Shown here: positions 45,965 to 52,810 of the stretch, one piece after another
How the letters are laid out: each line of letters starts with the position of its first letter
Position numbering within the stretch: position 1 is the first letter of the stretch
Source of the DNA: Candidatus Sulfopaludibacter sp. SbA3
Lineage (GTDB): Bacteria > Acidobacteriota > Terriglobia > 20CM-2-55-15
Length of the DNA: 64,000 nucleotides
NCBI GenBank assembly: GCA_945865815.1
Contig: CAMBFR010000003.1
Coordinates: 1,258 to 65,257 of the forward strand
Direction of reading: 5' to 3'
Program-made: the position numbers and the translations under genes
Notes under the pieces: model-generated
Told to the model about the DNA's origin: nothing
The model's database searches: none
What the model saw: only the letters and a program-made list of their open reading frames with translations

Positions 45965-46849
45965 TCATTGTAGCCCCCGGCCTGTCAGGATCGTCAGGGC
46001 CTCGACGTATTTTGCGCTCGTCGCCTTGACAATGTCTTCCGGAAGCTCGGGGCCGGGCGCCTGCTTGTTCCAGCCGATTCTTTCCAGGTAATCGCGAACG
46101 AACTGCTTGTCGAACGACGGTTGTGGCTTGCCGGGAGAATACTGATCCGCGGGCCAGAATCGCGAGGAATCCGGAGTCAGCATTTCGTCGACGATGCTGA
46201 TCTTTCCATCAATAGTTCCAAATTCAAACTTGGTGTCGCAAATAATGATTCCGTGGGCCGCCGCATACTCGACGCCCCGGCTGTATACCGAAAGCGTCAG
46301 TTCCTTCAGGCGCCGGATGTTGTCGGCCCCGATGACCTTCGCTGCCTGCTCCTCCGAAATGTTCTCGTCGTGTCCACTTTCCGCTTTTGTGGCGGGCGTG
46401 AAAATCGGCTGTGGCAAGCGGTCGGAGTCGCGAAGACCGGCAGGCAGGGCAATGCCGCAGACTTTCCCGGTCGACTTGTAGTCCTTCAGGCCCGACCCCG
46501 TAAGGTAGCCACGCGCGACGCATTCGACCGGAAAAACCTTCGCTTTCTTCACCAGCATGGAGCGGCCGTCGAGCTGGTCCCGGAACTCCTGAACGCCGGC
46601 GGGAAAGTCCCGGACGCTGGTGGCAACGACGTGATTGGGAACCATGTCCTTGAAGAAATCGAACCAGAACGCCGACATCTGGGTCAGTACTTTTCCTTTA
46701 TTCGGAATCGGCGTCGGCAGGACGACATCGAAGGCTGAAAGCCTGTCGGTCGCCACGATGAGGTAGTGTTCTCCTAAATCGTAAATATCGCGCACCTTGC
46801 CGCGGGCATGGAGCTTCACGCCGGGAAGGTTAGTTTGAATTATGGCCAT
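45965..46849 (-). CDS. purC: phosphoribosylaminoimidazole-succinocarboxamide synthase
   Basis: Long-form SAICAR synthetase (GKVRDIYDLGEHYLIVATDRLSAFDVVL...). Confidence 0.9.
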   Translation of the reverse strand: MAIIQTNLPGVKLHARGKVRDIYDLGEHYLIVATDRLSAFDVVLPTPIPNKGKVLTQMSAFWFDFFKDMVPNHVVATSVRDFPAGVQEFRDQLDGRSMLVKKAKVFPVECVARGYLTGSGLKDYKSTGKVCGIALPAGLRDSDRLPQPIFTPATKAESGHDENISEEQAAKVIGADNIRRLKELTLSVYSRGVEYAAAHGIIICDTKFEFGTIDGKISIVDEMLTPDSSRFWPADQYSPGKPQPSFDKQFVRDYLERIGWNKQAPGPELPEDIVKATSAKYVEALTILTGRGLQ

Positions 46850-46897
46850 ATCCAGTTTTTAAGTTGATTGTGGGCGACCATAGCTGGCGCACAGTCT

Positions 46898-49800
46898 CTA
46901 ATTCAGCCGCACGGAAACAATCTTCGATATTCCGGGTTCTTCCATCGTGACGCCGTAAAGCGCTGAAGCGGTCTCCATTGTACGCTTGCTGTGTGTGATC
47001 ACGATGAACTGCGTGCTCTGGCTCATGCTGCGCACCATGTTCGCAAAGCGATCCACGTTGGCATCGTCGAGCGGCGCATCCACTTCGTCGAGGATGCAGA
47101 ACGGGCTGGGCTTGTAACGGAACAGCGCAATCAGCAGCGCCAGCGCGGTGAGGGCTTTTTCGCCGCCGGAGAGCAACAGCACGTTCTGCAGCTTCTTTCC
47201 CGGAGGCTGCGCCACAATCTCCACTCCCGCATCCGGGTCGGCTGCTTCGTCAAGCAGCCTCAATTCCCCGTGGCCTCCGCCGAACAGCGAAACGAACGAT
47301 TCCTGGAATCCGAGGTTTATCGCCTCGAATGCCTCCTTGAACTGGCGGCGGCATACCGCATCGATTTCCTCGATCGCCTGCGCGGTATCGCGAATCGAAT
47401 CGAGCAGGTCCTGCCGTTGCGCCGTAAGGAAATCGAATCTTTGTTCCGCCTCCTGGTACTCTTCGACGGCCATCATGTTGACGGCTCCCATGGAATCAAT
47501 CTTCTCTCGAAGGTCGCGGTATTCCTGTTCGCGCGCTTCCAGCTCTTCAGGCGGCAGCGCCTGGAAAAACTCAATGCAAACCGATTCGATGGTTTCATTG
47601 AGCTCGCTGAGGCATAAGGCAGAGAGATGTTTGAGTTCGGAATCCACCTGGGTCTTTTCGATTTCGAGCTGATTGTGCCGGTCCTTCCAGGTGTCGAGCA
47701 GGCCGCGAGTTTCGTCCCACTTCGTTTCGGTCTCGTGAAGTTCGCGCCGCAGCTCTTCAAGGTGCGAGCCGGCTACGGCGATGGTCTCTGTCAGATGCTC
47801 ACGCTCCTGAACCAGCGCCTGGCGCGTCTCATCGAGTTCCGTAATGGTGGCCCGCATCTGGCTCTGCTGCTCGCCGGCTTGCGCGGTCTGGCGATCGGCG
47901 CGCGCGATGCGCTCATCGAGTTCCGCCTGACGCTGGCGAAGCGCGTTGATCTCACGCACCGCCGTGGATCTGCGTTCCTGCAGTACCGCCATGTTCGACT
48001 GATGCCCGGCCAGGTCGCGGGAGAGCGAGTCGGCCTCGATCCGCAGTTCCTCGTTCCGGCGCACTCTCGACTGAGTTTCCTGCTCGATGGCGGACTTCCG
48101 CGCCGCGATGGTCTCCAGTTCCAGGCCGGCATCAACGACGGACTTTTCGATATCCCGAAGCTCGGTCTTAAATCTCTGGATTTCCGCTGCCGCCAGCTTC
48201 CAGCGCTGCTCGGCCCGGCTGAAATCCGAGGCCAGCGCCTGAATTCGATGATCGCTGGAAAGGATGGCCTTCTCGGCATCCTGCAGTTCGACGAGGAGCC
48301 GGCCCTTGAGCGTTTCACTCTCTCTTACAAGTTCTTCGAGCCGCGCGACGTCGTCCTGCAACGCCACTGTTTCGCGCTGTGCCGCGGCCATGCGGCTATC
48401 CAGCTCGCGAATCTCCTTCCTCAGTGAAAGAGGACCGTGAGCCTCGTGCTCTCCCCAGCCGATGACGTGGCCGCGAACCACTTCTCCGGTACGGGCAAGG
48501 AAGACATACCTTGGATATTTTTCAGAAAGACTCCATGCCGTATCCACGGAATCGACGATATAGGCATCGCTCACGTGTTCGGCAAAATGCCGGACGCGCT
48601 CGTCGAGCCGCAGTACCGAACCGAGCGGAACCGCCCCGGTATCGGATGCAAGCGCCTCCGGCGGAGTGGGAGCCGTGTGGCCGTTCATGACCAGGCACTC
48701 CAGTCGTCCCTTCGTCACATCCTTTGCAACGCCGAGCGCTGCCTGTGCTTTCGTGCGGTCCTGCACCACGACATACTGAAGCTCGCGCCGCAGATAATCT
48801 TCAACGAGAGCCTCGTAGCCCGGCTCCACTTCGACGAAGTCGGCGAGCAGGCCAAGGGGGGACCAGTCCGAGCCGCGCACGTGACTGAAGAACTGCTGGA
48901 CGGATTCGGTGCTGTATGCGCGCTGGACGGCAAGTTCGCCGATCGTCTGCAGGCGGTGCCGGATGCTGTCTTCGCGGGTCCGGGCCTCTGCGGCGGCCTT
49001 GACAGCTTCGGCATGCGCCGCCTTGTTCTGCGCAAACTGCCGCTCCGCGCTTTCCAGACTGGTCTTCAGTTGGATAAAGCCGGCCTGTTGGCCCGAGTTT
49101 TCCTCTCGCGCCGAATTCAGCTGCTGCTCCATCTCGCGCGCAGCGGCGGTGGCTTCGGCCTCCTCGCGTTCGAGCCGCTGAACCTGCGCCGCCAGACGGC
49201 TCATCATTTCCGTGCGGCTGGAAATCTCGTTTCGGATTCGCGCCTCGCGGCCAACAATTTCAAACTGCTGGTCGCGCAGGCCGGCGATCGCGACATCCTC
49301 GCCGCGCCGGTTGTCGGCAACCACAACAGCAGCGGCCGTGGTTTGCTCGATAGACAGCTCTACGGCGCGCCTGGCGCCTTCCAGTTCGGCCAATTGAGTG
49401 GTCCGGACGTCATATTCCTGCTTCTGCCGGGCCAGGTCCTCGACGGCAATTCTCTTCTCCTCCGCCAGCACCTGTTTGCGTTCTTCCAGCGACCGGATCT
49501 GATCCTGCAACCGTTCGATTCGCTGGACGGCCTTCTCGTGTTCGAGTTCCACTTCGGAATGGCGATCGCGCGCTTCCGAAAGCACACGCTCCTGGTTCTC
49601 GAGATCGGCGCGGTGACGGCGGACCAGCGTTCCCAACCGGTCAATTTCGAGCTCGAGCCGTTTCCCTTCGTCTCCGATCGCGCCCAACGCAAGTTCGACA
49701 TTCTCCTGCTGGTTGATCATCATTTCGGCTTGAGTGGAAAACACGGAGGAAAGGATTTCCCTCATCCGGTTACGCAGCTCGATGAAACGCCGCGCTTTCC

Positions 49801-50500
49801 CTGCCTGGCGTTTGAGCGAATTCCGCTGCCGGTCGACTTCGGCCAGAATGTCGTTCACGCGCGACAGGTTCAGCCTTGCCGCTTCCAGCCTCGACTCGGC
49901 GAGCTTTCGCTTCGCTTTAAATTTGGTGATTCCCGCGGCTTCTTCAATGAGAGTGCGGCGATCGTGAGGCTTGGAGCTGAGCAATTGCCCCACGCGGCCC
50001 TGCTCGATGATGGCGTAGCTGTTGGGCCCCAGCCCCGTGCCCAGGAAGATTTCCTGAATATCGCGAAGCCGGCAGGGCCTGCCGTCGATGAGGTAAATAC
50101 TTTCGCCCGACCGATAGAGGCGGCGCTGAACGACAATGTCGCGAGGACCGTGCCCGTTCCCATTGGCCGCGCCATTGCCGTTGCCGTTGCCATTGCCGTT
50201 CCCATTCCCATTCCCGTTCGAGTGCTCGGGCTCGGTTTCGGTGAGTGTGATCGTCACCTGGGCCATTCCCATCGGAGCGCGGCTTCGCGTCCCATTGAAG
50301 ATGACGTCTTCCATTTTCTCGCCGCGCAGCGACTTCGCGCTTTGCTCGCCCAGAACCCAGGCAATGGCGTCGGAAACATTGCTCTTGCCGCACCCATTCG
50401 GGCCGACAATAGCGGTCACGCCGTTCTCATTTATAAGGATGTCGCCTTTATCGGAGAAGGACTTGAACCCGATCATCTCGATTCTTCGCAGTTTCAACAC
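46898..50500 (-). CDS. smc: chromosome segregation protein SMC
   Basis: Walker A GPNGCGKSN at the N-terminus. Long coiled coils. Hinge region. C-terminal signature LSGGEKALTALALLIALF plus Walker B ILDEVDAPLD. It carries an (NG)n low-complexity insertion at about aa 95-122. Confidence 0.9.
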   Translation of the reverse strand: MLKLRRIEMIGFKSFSDKGDILINENGVTAIVGPNGCGKSNVSDAIAWVLGEQSAKSLRGEKMEDVIFNGTRSRAPMGMAQVTITLTETEPEHSNGNGNGNGNGNGNGNGAANGNGHGPRDIVVQRRLYRSGESIYLIDGRPCRLRDIQEIFLGTGLGPNSYAIIEQGRVGQLLSSKPHDRRTLIEEAAGITKFKAKRKLAESRLEAARLNLSRVNDILAEVDRQRNSLKRQAGKARRFIELRNRMREILSSVFSTQAEMMINQQENVELALGAIGDEGKRLELEIDRLGTLVRRHRADLENQERVLSEARDRHSEVELEHEKAVQRIERLQDQIRSLEERKQVLAEEKRIAVEDLARQKQEYDVRTTQLAELEGARRAVELSIEQTTAAAVVVADNRRGEDVAIAGLRDQQFEIVGREARIRNEISSRTEMMSRLAAQVQRLEREEAEATAAAREMEQQLNSAREENSGQQAGFIQLKTSLESAERQFAQNKAAHAEAVKAAAEARTREDSIRHRLQTIGELAVQRAYSTESVQQFFSHVRGSDWSPLGLLADFVEVEPGYEALVEDYLRRELQYVVVQDRTKAQAALGVAKDVTKGRLECLVMNGHTAPTPPEALASDTGAVPLGSVLRLDERVRHFAEHVSDAYIVDSVDTAWSLSEKYPRYVFLARTGEVVRGHVIGWGEHEAHGPLSLRKEIRELDSRMAAAQRETVALQDDVARLEELVRESETLKGRLLVELQDAEKAILSSDHRIQALASDFSRAEQRWKLAAAEIQRFKTELRDIEKSVVDAGLELETIAARKSAIEQETQSRVRRNEELRIEADSLSRDLAGHQSNMAVLQERRSTAVREINALRQRQAELDERIARADRQTAQAGEQQSQMRATITELDETRQALVQEREHLTETIAVAGSHLEELRRELHETETKWDETRGLLDTWKDRHNQLEIEKTQVDSELKHLSALCLSELNETIESVCIEFFQALPPEELEAREQEYRDLREKIDSMGAVNMMAVEEYQEAEQRFDFLTAQRQDLLDSIRDTAQAIEEIDAVCRRQFKEAFEAINLGFQESFVSLFGGGHGELRLLDEAADPDAGVEIVAQPPGKKLQNVLLLSGGEKALTALALLIALFRYKPSPFCILDEVDAPLDDANVDRFANMVRSMSQSTQFIVITHSKRTMETASALYGVTMEEPGISKIVSVRLN
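50150..50225. repeat. imperfect hexanucleotide tandem repeat (GCCRTT/CCCATT)n inside smc, encoding NGNGNGNGNGNGNGNGAANGNGHG
   Basis: Plus strand reads ...GCCATTGGCCGCGCCATTGCCGTTGCCGTTGCCATTGCCGTTCCCATTCCCATTCCCGTTCGAG... It is in-frame within the SMC head domain. Confidence 0.7.
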
Positions 50501-50726
50501 GTAGACCCCTCGGTTGTTCGTTTGTCGACCTCTAGCTTCGCTACGAACACAGACAGATTGGGTCCATTCCCTGGTAGTGGTCTAATTCGGGGACAGGCCA
50601 CTAATGTGCTCGGACAATGGCCGGCCTTGCTGAGCTACTTCAGTTATGGTTGTTTTAGTAGAGATTTGGGTAGGCGTCTTAATTCGCGCGGCGCTGTAAA
50701 GATATCCACGGCCTTGGGGGCATTCA

Positions 50727-50760
50727 GCCAAAAAATGGGGCGGCGTATTGAACGCCGCCC
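50727..50760 (-). terminator. rho-independent terminator
   Basis: On the minus strand GGGGCGGCG-ttcaata-CGCCGCCCC is followed by ATTTTTTGG. It lies about 200 nt downstream of the 50955..52301 gene. Confidence 0.6.
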
Positions 50761-50954
50761 CCAGCTTGATCGCCATCTTAGGTGTGACTCCTCACGCAGG
50801 ATTTCTCCAGGCGTCGCAGGCTTTCGGCGCAGGGTCACCATGGAAACCTTCCTCCGCGTCTGGAGAAAACCACGGCGCCCGACTGCCGGTCTGGCTTTTG
50901 CCGCATCGCGCATCTCCCGATCATGAAGACAAGGTGATACGGAATGCGAAGAGG

Positions 50955-52301
50955 CTACGCCGTCTTTTCAAATTCCCCGCTGGTTCGCTCCTTGAGACGA
51001 TCCAGAACAGCCTTGTAGCTCTTGGCGGCGAGCGTCATCGTGTTTTCGACCGTCGCGACCGCGGAGTTCGGATGGTACAGGCTTGCCTTAAACTGTCCGT
51101 CTTCGGATACAGGAGCTTCGGATTCCTGGCCACGGATCGTCATCTTAAGGTTCCCGGCCGCGAAGCCACGATTTGCGCCGCCGGCCACCGGTTCGCCCGC
51201 TGTCGCGCTGAACATCATGTTGCGAAGGGCGAACTTGATGGAGACGGTCTCGGATATTCCTTTTCCCTTGGGTTCGGCCTCGGCTTTCCTGGTCTCCAAG
51301 GCTTCCTGGATTTCCGGCTTGATGCCGAGCGGATGGACAGGCTTCGAAGACGTGCCGGTTGCTTTCTTCTGTCCGTTCCCGTTGCCCTGACCATTGCCCT
51401 GAGCGTTCGCGGGCTTGGAAAGAGCCTGGTTGCCGATTCCCAGGCCAAGACCGGGATTCAAATTCGACTCGTTTCCAAGGCCGGCTCCCTTGACGTTGTC
51501 CAGGAGTCCCGAGGACGGGGCCGGCGTCTCTTTCTTTGGCTGTGCAGAAACATTGATCAAGAGCGTTGTCGGGAGCTTCGGACCTCCGGGGGCCTCTTCG
51601 GCTGTTGTCTCTGACGCGGGTTGGCCGCTGGCTGCGCTTTCGCCAGGTCCGGCTGGAGGTCTCGTTGGCTCCGCGGGAGGCCGAACGATGACGCTGGGCT
51701 TTTCACCGACCGATGCGGAGTTCGGTCCACTGGGAGAGACCAGGACCACCGGGTTCTTTTCGGACGGCGCCACATTGGTGGGCGCCTTGTATGTCTCGTC
51801 AGGTTTCGGCGTGTTTTTACTGCCCTCCCTCAGCGATAGAGAGACCGTATCGCGCTTAACATTCCTGGCTAGTTTCAGATTCGTCTTGATCTTCCGGCTC
51901 TCGCTGACGGAGACTTCCCGGGCAGTAGCGATGTTTTCTTGTACCTTCGAATTTCCCTGGCTGACGGAGGGCTGCGAGGTCCGGACCTTCATGCGCCTGC
52001 TGCCCTTCGCAGGCGTATCGGCGACGGAAGAATTCGCGTTTGTCTGGGCCGCATTGGCGGCGTTTACGGAAGAATTCGAGTTTGCTTGGCCCGCATTGAC
52101 GGAGTTTACTGACGGCATGAGTGTTCCCCTCTGAACGCTGGACTTTGTAGGCGGCCCGTTATTTTGCTGGGCGCTTTCGCCCGGCCAGACTCGCCCCATG
52201 CGGATCTTATCGACCGATTGCTTTCCAACTTTAGAGATAAGATCGGAATATTCCTGCAAGGTCGCTGAGTCTGACACTGAATCACGTTCATTTGACGGCA
52301 T
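50955..52301 (-). CDS. low-complexity Ser/Asn/Pro/Gly-rich protein of unknown function
   Basis: 448-aa ORF with an N-terminal region of SVNAxxANSNSS repeats, then Pro/Ala/Ser-rich stretches and (QGNG)n. Only the last ~90 aa look globular. Start codon choice is uncertain. It is divergent from the Rrf2 gene. Confidence 0.45.
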   Translation of the reverse strand: MPSNERDSVSDSATLQEYSDLISKVGKQSVDKIRMGRVWPGESAQQNNGPPTKSSVQRGTLMPSVNSVNAGQANSNSSVNAANAAQTNANSSVADTPAKGSRRMKVRTSQPSVSQGNSKVQENIATAREVSVSESRKIKTNLKLARNVKRDTVSLSLREGSKNTPKPDETYKAPTNVAPSEKNPVVLVSPSGPNSASVGEKPSVIVRPPAEPTRPPAGPGESAASGQPASETTAEEAPGGPKLPTTLLINVSAQPKKETPAPSSGLLDNVKGAGLGNESNLNPGLGLGIGNQALSKPANAQGNGQGNGNGQKKATGTSSKPVHPLGIKPEIQEALETRKAEAEPKGKGISETVSIKFALRNMMFSATAGEPVAGGANRGFAAGNLKMTIRGQESEAPVSEDGQFKASLYHPNSAVATVENTMTLAAKSYKAVLDRLKERTSGEFEKTA

Positions 52302-52356
52302 CTCCCTGCCGGTCTCAGGAAAACATCCTGGTCCATGCTATTCTGGCCACCCGTTT

Positions 52357-52806
52357 ATGAAGATTTCCGCCAAGGACGAGTATGCCTGTTCCGCCGTTCT
52401 GGAACTGGCGCTGAACTACGACGGCGACACGCCGGTTCGAGTGCAGGACATTGCCAAACGCCAGGGGATACCGATCAAATTCCTGTTTCAGATCATGCAG
52501 ATTCTAAAACGCGTCGATATCGTCCGCAGCAGACGCGGAACCGAAGGAGGATACGTGCTGGCCCGGCAACCAAACCAGATTGCCGTCGGCGAAGTCATCC
52601 AGGCGATCAGCGGGCCGTTCGTCCAGCTTTCGTGTCTCGATTCGGGAAGTTTCAAGGACAACTGCGAGCGGGAAAGCATGTGCCACTTCAAACCGATCTG
52701 GGCCGACGTGGACCGCGCCATCGCGTCCGTCCTCAATAACGTGACGTTCGAAGACCTGGTCCGGCGGGCACAGGCCAATCAACGCCAGTTGATGTATCAC
52801 ATATAA
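52357..52806 (+). CDS. Rrf2-family transcriptional regulator (three-Cys, likely Fe-S-binding, IscR/NsrR-like)
   Basis: MKISAKDEYACSAVLELAL... winged HTH, with CLDSGSFKDNCERESMC cysteines. The ATG at 52357 was verified. Confidence 0.8.
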   Translation: MKISAKDEYACSAVLELALNYDGDTPVRVQDIAKRQGIPIKFLFQIMQILKRVDIVRSRRGTEGGYVLARQPNQIAVGEVIQAISGPFVQLSCLDSGSFKDNCERESMCHFKPIWADVDRAIASVLNNVTFEDLVRRAQANQRQLMYHI

Positions 52807-52810
52807 GCAA

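Noticed and set aside
50136-50504. Plus-strand ORF (MSRGPCPFPLAAPLPLPLPLPFPFPFPF...) and the possibility that the hexamer repeat is a CRISPR-like array
   Set aside because: This is the antisense reading of the smc (NG)n microsatellite. Units are 6 nt with no spacers, so it is a coding SSR, not CRISPR.
50582-50776. 64-aa minus-strand ORF in the smc upstream region
   Set aside because: It contains the rho-independent terminator hairpin and T-tract within its coding sequence. No Shine-Dalgarno.
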